A DNA stretch of 63,391 bases, the filler included, from Klebsormidium nitens (Eukaryota; Plantae; Klebsormidiophyceae): assembly GCA_000708835.1 (NCBI GenBank). It is 6 parts of 6 records of this genome, joined end to end, with 100 filler letters (N's around TTAATTAATTAA, not from the genome) between each part and the next. Parts side by side here need not be neighbours in the genome. Positions count along the whole stretch, not along the records: positions 48,299 to 53,960 come from DF238413.1; positions 54,061 to 63,391 come from DF238200.1; 4 more parts are not named here. The stretch is one strand, 5' to 3'. The notes beneath the pieces were generated by a model. That model ran no database searches and was not told where the DNA came from. It saw nothing but the letters and a program-made list of their open reading frames with translations. This document shows, piece after piece, positions 49,617 to 57,998 of this stretch. The translations under genes were made by a program, and so were the position numbers. How positions within the stretch are numbered: position 1 is the first letter of the stretch; each line of letters starts with the position of its first letter.

Positions 49617-51516
49617 TTATGCAATTCCTATCTGGCTCTTGCACTTCTTGAACTTCCCCGGTGCTAACGCCTTGGTCATGATGTCCGCCTTCATTTCCTC
49701 CGTCCCGCAGTACGCCAACGCAACGTCCTTGCGTGCCACACGCTCCCGTGCAAAGTGATGAATCACGTCAATGTGCTTCGACCGCTGTGAAGCGATTGGG
49801 TGCTTGAGGAGCCGTATTGCCCCTTGGTTGTCGCAGTAGATCAGGACCGTCCCGAGGTCCAGCTCCAAGCTTGCGGAACCACAGCGCCTCCTTCACCGCT
49901 TGCGCTGCGCTCATGTACTCCGCCTCTACTGTCAAGGCCGCCACCGTTGGTGCTGCTCGACCAGCTCACCCCCCCCCCATACATCAAGAAGACGTACCCC
50001 GTTGTGGACCGCTTTGTGTCCACGTCACCCGCGTAATTCGCATCGCAATAAGCCATGAGAGCCTCTCCGCTCCCCCCAAAGGTTACTCCGTCCTCAGCCG
50101 TACCCGCCAGGTAGCGCACAACTCCAAGCGCCGCCCGCCAGTGCTCCTCCGTCGGCCCCGCCATAAGGCGCACAAGCGCACCCACTGCCTATGCAAAATG
50201 TCGGCCCGAGTGCACACACTCAAGTACACAGGCTCCCCACGCACTCACCGTAGGGAAACCGCTTTGTGTCGAGAGGTTCACCTTCTTTGGTTAATTTGTC
50301 CCCTGTTCCGAGAGGCACCGAGCGCGCCCGAGCGCTCGCTAGTCCGTATCGTCCGACAAGCTCCCCCGTCAGCTTCTTTTGAGTTAGCTTTAGGGTGCGC
50401 GCCTCCCTATCGCGCGTCAGCTCCATGCCGAGGAAGTATTTTGCCTCCCCCAGGTCGCGCACGTCGAACTTCTCCGCAACCTCGGTGGCCTTGCTCACCA
50501 AGATCAAATCCGCCGCCACCCCCGGGACATACATCACGTGCTGTAGAGTGACCAAACTTTCTCCGATCGGTGTCGCACAATGCAGCTCTACCGAGCCGCT
50601 CCCCTATGCCCATAGGCTTTCCTTGTCTCCGGACGTGAATTCTCGGCAACTTCGAGGCTCACAAATAGGCTATTGTCCCTAGTCAGGTGTTGGGAGCTAC
50701 CCGAATCGACGAGCCACTCGTCGGTCGACACTCCCTCAATGATGCTAAAGGCCACACCCTTGGGAGGTTTTCCCACCTTCTTCTGCTCCGGTTTTTGCTC
50801 CCGCCTGTCCGGCTTGCTGCACTTCCGAGCAATGTGACCGAACTTCCCGCAATCATAGCACATGGGCCCTTTGCCCCGGCTCTCAACCTTGCCGTGGCCC
50901 TTTTCCTTGCTCACTTTCCGCCCAGCCACATAGGCCACTGCGGAGTCCGACCCACCGCCGCTCTTTTCCTTAGGCGACTCCTCAAACCCCTACTCTTGCA
51001 CCAAGAGCTTCGGCAGAATCGCATCCACCGAGCTAAAAGCGCTCTCCAAAGTCTCTAGGATTGTTCTCAGGGTCCTGAACGACTTAGGCAATCCCGCAAG
51101 CACGCTCCATGCCAACTCATTCGGCTTCATTTCAAAACCGGTGGCGACCAAGTCCGTATACAAATCCTTTGCCTGACCCACATACAAGGTCACGGGCTCA
51201 ACCGACTTCATCTTGAGAGAATGCAACTCTTGCCTGAATTGCATCTTCCTTGCATTGGTTTTGCTCTGTAGGTCTTCTCAAGGAGATCCCACGCCTCCTT
51301 TGCGGTTTTGCACTCCTCAATCGACCCCAAATGGTGGTCCTCAACGTTTAGCCCGATGATGGACAACGCTTTCTTTGATTGTGCAGGGTGCGCTACGGGA
51401 TCCTCAACCCCGTTCCATAGATCCTTGGAAGTCACAAGAAACTTAATTTTCGAACTCCACGTTCTATAGTTCTACACATCCAACTTATCGATGTGGACCT
51501 TGTATCCGTTGGCCAA
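49617..51516 (-). pseudogene. Copia gag-pol remnant
   Basis: IDKLDV*NYRTWSSKIKFL...LW (gag start), AKEAWDLL, zinc knuckle CYDCGKFGHIARKC, protease WLVDSGSSQH, a deletion junction near 50480 into RT (FDVRDLGEAKYFLGMEL), and RNase H YCDANYAGD..STTGYVF, IYCDNQGAI and RSKHIDVIHHF...ADIMTKAL. Confidence 0.93.
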
Positions 51517-51556
51517 TTTCGGGATTGCGTTCCCTGTCTCTCTCACGAGATATCTA

Positions 51557-52744
51557 CGGTGCTTTATTTGATCCTCGTGAATTCCGGCAATTTACGAGGG
51601 TCGGTACCGGGTCCGTCCCAGGGCCGCCCCCAGGAGATCCCAAACTGTCAAATTTTCGCATGGGGATTTTCGCCGGACCGTCGTGGGACTGCGCGAGAGT
51701 CTCACGGGCAGCCAAAGTTTGGCCGCAAGTCTCGGTTTTCGATTTCGATACCGGGAGTTTGAAAAGTACTCAACGGGAAGAACTATCGACGTACGGGACA
51801 GTAGGCAGGTACGGTACCTAGACTGTCTACCTAGTATATACCTAGTATCTAGGTAATTTCTACAGGCTACCATACCTACCGTAGCACACAGCGCGCCGCG
51901 CCGCGCCGGGGTCTGGATCGTGGTAGGTACCTACCTACCGGTAGTAACCTAGGTAGCCCTAAGGCTAAGCCTCTGGCTGCGTTACGGATGTTGAAGCCGG
52001 TCCCGACCGGCACCATGGCATGATGGGGGCACCATGACTCGGAGAATACCAAGTACTAAGTAGGTAGGGAAGTAGGTGCCTAGGTACCAAGTGCCAAGTA
52101 CCGGGCCAAGTGCCACCTAAGTAGGCATACCGGTAGGTAAAGTGGGTACCTAGGTATCGCGGTACCCCGGATTTAGTGCCGTACGATATGTACCGTATTC
52201 ACCCTGGTACGTACCTGCATAGTACCTACCTACAGGCTACAACGTTCGGGCTTCCACCGGGCGGTTTTAGCTAGGGCTAGGTGCTCCATTCTGAATCCCG
52301 AGTCCGGGACCTCACCAAAGCTAGCTAGCTATGAAGAAGGAGCTTTGTGTAATTTTCATGGGGCGCCTTCAAAATGGAGGAGCCTTCACAAAAGCCCCAT
52401 GAAACACCACTTTCGGGGATCAACTTTTGATGGCACCTTGTGATCATGCTCAAGACACTCAATGCAGCTTGCTTTTAGATTTCTACAAGTATATATTTCT
52501 TTAAAATCCCTATTGCTTGACATTAAGTTGATGTATTTATCAAGTAAATCCCCATATTATCCTAGGACAGTCTGGGGATCCTCCGAATATTGCCCGTTCC
52601 GACCCCCGGTGACCCCGGGCCGAACCCCAGTAGTTCCCCGTGAAATTTCGAAAATACTCACGGGGTGTACGGGATAATCCCGGGACCGCCGTGGGACCGA
52701 TCGACGGTAATTGCCCGAATTCACGAGGCTCGAATTAAGCACCG
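51557..52744. mobile_element. MITE-like non-coding insert with imperfect ~37-bp terminal inverted repeats inside the Copia 5' leader
   Basis: Left CGGTGCTTTATTTGATCCTCGTGAATTCCGGCAATT versus reverse complement of the right end CGGTGCTTAATTCGAGCCTCGTGAATTCGGGCAATT. A second inverted pair is GGAGATCCCAAACTGTC / GACAGTCTGGGGATCCTCC. The core is rich in TAGGTA/TACCTA. Confidence 0.55.
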
Positions 52745-53011
52745 GAGCTACCTCGTGCTTTCTCAGGACCAAAGGTGGAAAATTTCCTTTTAGGCTTTCC
52801 CTGCCACTTGATCCCCCTTACGGACTTTCAAATGTCGCTTTGCTCAAGAGCATCCACGATAAAGCAGAGCGCCCCCACCGATGCCTTCATTGACAAAAGA
52901 GAACCATTGGCCGACCTTGGCGCACATATTCAATTTTCACCCTTCTGGAGGTCTACTATTGAATACTTGCGCCTTCACTCCTCAGGCGCCGTGGTGCGCC
53001 GTCCGTGCGCC

Positions 53012-53025
53012 GTGGGCCCATAATT
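53012..53025 (-). other. Primer-binding site of the half-tRNA(iMet) type
   Basis: The - strand directly after the 5' LTR reads AATTATGGGCCCAC. The 11-nt core TTATGGGCCCA matches the GGTTATGGGCCCA-type PBS of copia/Osser-like elements, which pairs with the initiator tRNA anticodon arm. Confidence 0.75.
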
Positions 53026-53426
53026 TGTTGAAACACGGCTTTGTTGGGAATAAATGATCGAATGATCAAATTTACACAATACATATCAAGTGTTCGGAGT
53101 CTAGCGGCGCTAAAGCTCTGCAGTCTGTGTGCTATGCTAGACTCACTCAATTAGAGTCACACTCCTAGTCAACTAGTCTAGGTCTACACTGATAGCCTAG
53201 TAGGCTTAGTTGACCGAGGATAAGCAAGTCCGAAGATCTCACGCAAATCTGAATATCTACGGCTATTTTCGAACTTACTCATTGCGACAGATATCTTAAT
53301 AAGTCATTCGGGTGTAACGATGTAACCTGCGCGCATTTAACAGCCAACCGCTAAGTACCGATTATCGTCATACTCCCGTCGACGTCACCCAAGAGATCGC
53401 GCATACTAAACGCCCGAATCTCAACA
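53026..53426 (-). repeat. Copia 5' LTR
   Basis: TGTTGAAAC...ATCTCAACA; direct repeat of 49194-49596. Confidence 0.9.
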
Positions 53427-54060
53427 ACAGAGCGCGATGTTTTGGGAGGGGCGGGCGCGTCGTATAGATGTGCGGGACTACGAGATCCTCAAACGTGCGA
53501 AGTGTGATTTGGTGGCGCCAGAGGCCGCCCTTCGGGAGCTGTTTGCGAAGTGTCTCAAGCCCCACGAGGCTGCGCCGCACGGCGTGTTGGGATTGAGAAA
53601 ATCGACTGGGCGCCTTGCGATTGGTGAGGGACGATCGCAATGCGCACACTGGTGGACGGCACTCGGTTGTAGGGCGGACCACGGCTGAGCGTAGGCGCAG
53701 AAGTTTTGCTTCGAAGTTTGGGCCGCGAAGTGGAGGAGAAGCCGAGGTGTTGAAGGAAATGGAGCTTGCACATTTCCAGTGGGCCCCCCAATTCCGCGGT
53801 TGCAGTGAGAGTTCTTCCTCCCGTGGCTTCGGGTGCGTGTGACGTGGTCCAGGCCTTCGAAGAGGAGATTCACAGGCTTCTTCCCAGGACAGCGCTTCGC
53901 GAGGTCCGCTGTGCGGGCGCCACTGACCACGTAATTTTTGGGAACGACAGGAGCACGCGGNNNNNNNNNNNNNNNNNNNNNNNNNNNNNNNNNNNNNNNN
54001 NNNNTTAATTAATTAANNNNNNNNNNNNNNNNNNNNNNNNNNNNNNNNNNNNNNNNNNNN

Positions 54061-54178
54061 CAATTTTTTCTGAGAGGCGCTCTTGCTGAGGTGATCCCAA
54101 GGCGTGCTGAAAAGCTTCGCATGGTTTCCGCACATGTGAAGTAGACAGGCAGCGAGTAAACCCTGTCCAACCGTCACA
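54061..54178. repeat. Terminus of LTR-like repeat, copy 3
   Basis: 118 bp, about 90% identical to 42781-42897, ending CCAACCGTCACA and adjacent to a gap. Confidence 0.7.
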
Positions 54179-54599
54179 GGCAGCACGCCAGGGTGGTCAG
54201 CGCGGTGCTTATCAGCGGCATAGTTCCACTTATTGACCAGCTGGGTATAGACGCCAACAAACACAGCATTGTCTACTGTTTGAACTGAGTTTCGCTTCAG
54301 TGCAGACCTCACTGCTTCCTCAAGTGTAATGCTGCAGCAATCATTGGGTAAAAACATTTTGGTATAACTAGCATGCATGAATAAAACTGTAAGCTCAAGA
54401 CGCACCCTAAACAGCGCCTATGCGACACTTCGCCACCACAATGGGAGCTGCCAGTGGCCTGGCGCAAATGTTGTGATCTACAGCCTTGTGAAGACTAAAA
54501 TGGCACAGTACATTTCAAATGCAGCTTTGCGTTGCCTTGGTACCAGCTCACACGGACGAGCTGGGGCGGGACGAGCCTGAGAGTGCGCCAACCACCGGT

Positions 54600-54690
54600 G
54601 ATTGGCACTGCGCAGCGCTCGAACTTACGGACTTGGTAAATTGATTGGTACTTAGGGACAAGTTCTGGGTCAGATATAGACAACGGAATC
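54600..54690 (+). promoter_or_regulatory. Conserved upstream unit, copy before ORF 54691
   Basis: GGCACTGCGCAGCG...CTTACGGACTTGG...TACTTAGGGACAAG...ATAGACAA..ATG aligns with 55560-55650. Confidence 0.5.
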
Positions 54691-55491
54691 ATGGAGAATA
54701 TTTTGGCGAATCGGAAGGTGGCGGCCGCCGGCGTCGGTTTTGAGGGCGAGAGCCGTCGGGAGCTGGCGGCGATCTTTGTGCGCGCGTTTGACGACGAGGA
54801 GAACCGCTTCCCGATCGATTTCGACGACGTTTGGAAATTCTGTGGGATGAGCAACAAGGCAAATGGACTTCAGAAGCTCAAACGCATGTTTTTCGAGGGT
54901 ACAGACTACGTAATCAAGACTGAGCGTGCAGTCAAACTCGAAGCAGAGGATGTTGGAGGAAGGCCGATCGATTTCTACAAGCTGACAGAGAGTGCATTTG
55001 AGAGCTTTGCCATGTCGGCTCCCGGAGAGCGGGGGAGACTGGTAAGGAGGTACTTCTTGGCGGTCAAGGAGCAGTACTTTGGGCAGCTGGAAGGCCTGGG
55101 CAAGAGGAACCGCGAACAAAATGACATGCTGGAGGATAGTGCTCGTTTCTTAGCAAAAGAGCACGATATTCTCGCACAGGAGCTGGACACCCGCCCCGAG
55201 GGAGCACAGAAGGCCGTTCAGAGGGATTTGTGCAGACTCGAAGGCGGGGCAATGGAGGTTGCGTGCGACCACGGTGTGGTAGACCTGCTGACCGACGATG
55301 AGGTGATCGAAGTGAAGGAGGCGCACATGTGGAAGCACGCTCTGGGTCAAGTTCTGGCCTACAAGGCCTGCTTCCCCAAACATGCAGCTCGGATCCATCT
55401 TTTCGCCAATGACCAAGGTGCTTCGCTGGATCTGGATGCGGTCTGTGAGGTGTGCAGCAACTCTGGGGTTCGGGTGACCTTATGTACTTAG
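54691..55491 (+). CDS. AntA/MSV199-like N-terminal DNA-binding domain plus C-terminal PD-(D/E)xK nuclease-like domain
   Basis: FPIDFDDVWKFCG.SNK.N..QKLKR.FFEG.DY...GGRP...YKLT..AFE.FAM.APGERGRLVRRYF. C-terminal VDLLTDDEVIEVKEAHMWKHALGQVLAY has D, E-x-K and G-Q-x-x-x-Y motifs. Confidence 0.75.
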   Translation: MENILANRKVAAAGVGFEGESRRELAAIFVRAFDDEENRFPIDFDDVWKFCGMSNKANGLQKLKRMFFEGTDYVIKTERAVKLEAEDVGGRPIDFYKLTESAFESFAMSAPGERGRLVRRYFLAVKEQYFGQLEGLGKRNREQNDMLEDSARFLAKEHDILAQELDTRPEGAQKAVQRDLCRLEGGAMEVACDHGVVDLLTDDEVIEVKEAHMWKHALGQVLAYKACFPKHAARIHLFANDQGASLDLDAVCEVCSNSGVRVTLCT

Positions 55492-55620
55492 GGACATAGG
55501 GCACTGCGCAGCGTTTGAGCTTAGGGGACTAGCTCACGTGATCGGTACTTAGGGACATAGGGCACTGCGCAGTGCATAAGCTTAGGGACTTGGTTATGTG
55601 AAGGATACTTAGGGAGAAGC
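55485..55620 (+). repeat. Two tandem ~62-bp units with TACTTAGGGAC and GGCACTGCGCAG, including the 14-bp palindrome GCACTGCGCAGTGC (55562-55575)
   Basis: TACTTAGGGACATAGGGCACTGCGCAG at 55485 and 55546, plus TACTTAGGGAG at ~55606; homologous to 54600-54660. Confidence 0.8.
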
Positions 55621-55649
55621 TTTGGGTAAGAATAGACAAGTTCGAAGCA

Positions 55650-56657
55650 ATGGAGGCAATCATGCGGAACCCCAAGGTGGTGACAGCTGGCAACGAATTT
55701 GAAGATAACGTGAAGCAAGACTTGGCTCTAGTTTTCATCAAGGCTTTTGATGACAAGGGCAACCAGTTTCCCATTAACTTTGATGACGTCTGGCGATTTT
55801 TGGAGTACTCCAACAAGGCAAGTGCACTGAGGAAGCTGAAGTCTCCTCAATTTATGGAAGGAGAAGATTATACTGTAAGTACCAGAAGGGATACAAACAT
55901 CCAAGTTGAAAACCTCCGATTAGTGGATTTGGGAGGGAGGCCTGTCGATACTTACATGCTTACGGCCAACGCCTTCGAGCACTTTGCAATGAGGGCCCCG
56001 GGCGCCATGGGGCACCGCGTGCGCCGCTTCTACATCGCATGCCGCGACTCGTACCTCGAGAACGAGGCCGCCCGCCGCCAGCAGGCCCCGAAGGTCGCAG
56101 ACCAGGCCTGGAACCAGGCCCGGCAGGACGGGATCTTCCTCTTCCACGCCAAGTGCGGGTCCGTCAAGAACTACCTCGACGCACGCCCCGACGTCGGGCG
56201 CTCCTTCTACGGCGAGGTCGGCACGCTGATCAATCAAGCGATCCTGGGCTTCCAAGAGCAGACCCACGAGTTCAAGATCACGCACGATATCCCCAAGTGG
56301 ATGAGCCTTCCAGATTGTCTCGACCACTACGGCCAAACGGCCAGAGGGCTCTTCGAGGTAGGGTTCTGGAGGTTCTTTGACCGCCCGAAGGCGGAGCTCG
56401 CGGCCCTCGAGCCGGAGACCGTGCTGCGAGAGCTCGCGCGCATGAAAGACGCCATGCGTTCGTATCTCGTGACCTGCGGTATGGGCAACGTCGAAGACCG
56501 GCTGCTGGAAGTCCCAGACGCCAAACGACGCCGGAAGGAGTATGCGGCGCTCCGCACGGCCAGAGCTCTCACTCCGTCCGCAACTGCGTTGCGGATCATC
56601 GAAGAGACCCGGAAGAGTAGCGACCGGCCCGTGATAGTCTTAGACGGCGCTACATAG
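55650..56657 (+). CDS. Paralogous AntA/MSV199-like protein with a different C-terminal domain
   Basis: N-terminal ~130 aa aligns with ORF 54691 (FPINFDDVWRFLEYSNKASALRKLK..FMEGEDY...GGRP...YMLTANAFEHFAMRAPG..G.RVRRFY). C-terminal WNQARQDG...FYGEVGTLINQAILG resembles phage antirepressor-type C-terminal domains. Confidence 0.75.
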   Translation: MEAIMRNPKVVTAGNEFEDNVKQDLALVFIKAFDDKGNQFPINFDDVWRFLEYSNKASALRKLKSPQFMEGEDYTVSTRRDTNIQVENLRLVDLGGRPVDTYMLTANAFEHFAMRAPGAMGHRVRRFYIACRDSYLENEAARRQQAPKVADQAWNQARQDGIFLFHAKCGSVKNYLDARPDVGRSFYGEVGTLINQAILGFQEQTHEFKITHDIPKWMSLPDCLDHYGQTARGLFEVGFWRFFDRPKAELAALEPETVLRELARMKDAMRSYLVTCGMGNVEDRLLEVPDAKRRRKEYAALRTARALTPSATALRIIEETRKSSDRPVIVLDGAT

Positions 56658-56726
56658 GCCCTCTCGAACAGCCCGATAATGTGCGATGCATATTGGATTG
56701 GATTTTTATAATCGATCGTGCGTTTT

Positions 56727-57320
56727 CTACCCATAAGGCTGCCACCCCGGGCCTCTCGTGTCCGACCATTCCCCGGCTTGCCTCATATCTTGCAGATCAA
56801 ACGGGTTGCGCGTTACTGGATGGGTCATCCTTCCGGTCGCTAGATGTGCTTCCAGACTGTTTAGATGGTATGCTCTGGACGCCTTGCCGTTTCGATTCCG
56901 CTCCGAATCGAAGTAGACGTAAAGGCGACTGATATCGAGCGGCGACGGCGGCTCGTCCAGTGGCATGAAATTGGCGCCGAAGAATTCGGTCCCTTCGTGT
57001 ATTGCCCTTGCGAGTGGAATAAATATCCCTTGAAAGTGGCCGGCCCTGGTCTTGAGATAGATCTTTGGCCTATTTCGACTCGTGCGGCTCATGTTCCTGA
57101 AGCGTTTCAAGATCTGATCCTTCGCCATGTGTCCAGATAATTCTTCCACAGTATTCCACGGCACGCCATATGACACCAAAAATTGACCCCTGTCCATTTC
57201 AACCTCCAAGTACATATCTTTGGTATCCCATACCATTCCAAGGACCTCATACTGTGAATCTGGAGCAGCGAGCATGTCGAGCCCGATAGCAACGGCTGCA
57301 GCGGGAGTCGGTTGATCCAT
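56727..57320 (-). CDS. Hypothetical protein, C-terminal HPVTRNPF motif
   Basis: Intact 197-aa ATG ORF. AYHLNSLEAHL....THPVTRNPF is reminiscent of U-box/RING-like ends (P-x-T-R-x-P). Confidence 0.55.
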   Translation of the reverse strand: MDQPTPAAAVAIGLDMLAAPDSQYEVLGMVWDTKDMYLEVEMDRGQFLVSYGVPWNTVEELSGHMAKDQILKRFRNMSRTSRNRPKIYLKTRAGHFQGIFIPLARAIHEGTEFFGANFMPLDEPPSPLDISRLYVYFDSERNRNGKASRAYHLNSLEAHLATGRMTHPVTRNPFDLQDMRQAGEWSDTRGPGWQPYG

Positions 57321-57431
57321 TCAAATGTGTCTAGAGATTTTACTACATGGGCGTCTCCAAAATCTCATCAGTTCTCTTCAGCAATTCACTATGCGTTCTG
57401 TTGAACGCAATAATTATATCAGCAATGTTGA

Positions 57432-57735
57432 ATGGATCCTAACACGGTCGCTGCGGAGTCCGAGGTGACTTCCGATATCATGGCAGTGTGGTATGCTCTG
57501 GAGCGTTTGGTGGCCAACTGTCCAAGCCCATCATTCACCGATACAGATAATCAACGATTCGAGTTTGGAAGCAATCTCATTGTTGGATTCAGCAGAGCCA
57601 TCATTCGATGTGCACAAATTCTGTATCTTCATCAGCCTATGCAAGTTGATGCTCGATAGCGACAATCCCAGGCCAGGCTTTCTCAAAGTCAGTAAAGACA
57701 GTGGCAATTGGAGGGCGACGTGGGAAAGTACATGA
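57432..57735 (+). pseudogene. Hypothetical small gene, possibly frameshifted
   Basis: The ATG ORF 57432-57659 overlaps ORF 57493-57735 in another frame; no family recognised. Confidence 0.25.
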
Positions 57736-57951
57736 TCAAGCGGTCTTCAGAACCCTTAACTTGTAGATATGTATACTGATTCCTAAATTCAGCAACACCA
57801 TCAGAAAAACCAACATACAGCATGTCAACACCGCGATGATGTACGGCACGATCGCAGCCAAGATGGGCCGCAGCCATATGTCATTCAACTTCTGGCGGTT
57901 CTCCTCAGAAACCCGGACTGACAGTATCTCGTTCACGAAATTCTCGAGCAT
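57736..57951 (-). CDS. Small membrane protein resembling a conserved NCLDV family
   Basis: 71 aa: charged helix (EENRQKLNDIWLRPIL..IVPYII) followed by one TM helix, a layout recalled from small conserved proteins of large DNA viruses; not verified. Confidence 0.5.
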   Translation of the reverse strand: MLENFVNEILSVRVSEENRQKLNDIWLRPILAAIVPYIIAVLTCCMLVFLMVLLNLGISIHIYKLRVLKTA

Positions 57952-57998
57952 GTGGACCTACTGTACATGTTGCACAAAAATGTTGCCACATTTCAACA

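Larger units (their letters stand above)
49194..53426 (-). mobile_element. Ty1/Copia LTR retrotransposon, both LTRs present, internally deleted (integrase and RT N-terminus missing)
   Basis: LTRs 49194-49596 and 53026-53426 (TGTTGA...TCAACA). Flanks CCAGA/ACAGA match 4 of 5 (TSD). PBS at 53012-53025, PPT at 49597-49608, and gag, protease, RT and RNase H remnants. Confidence 0.92.

Noticed and set aside
22250-54060. TTAATTAATTAA flanked by N runs, repeated at several gaps
   Set aside because: Artificial scaffolding spacer with stops in all frames, not a biological repeat.
54179-54405. Coding-like frame cut by the LTR-like terminus, possibly continuing at 48343-48800
   Set aside because: No matching TSD or recognisable domain links the two pieces.
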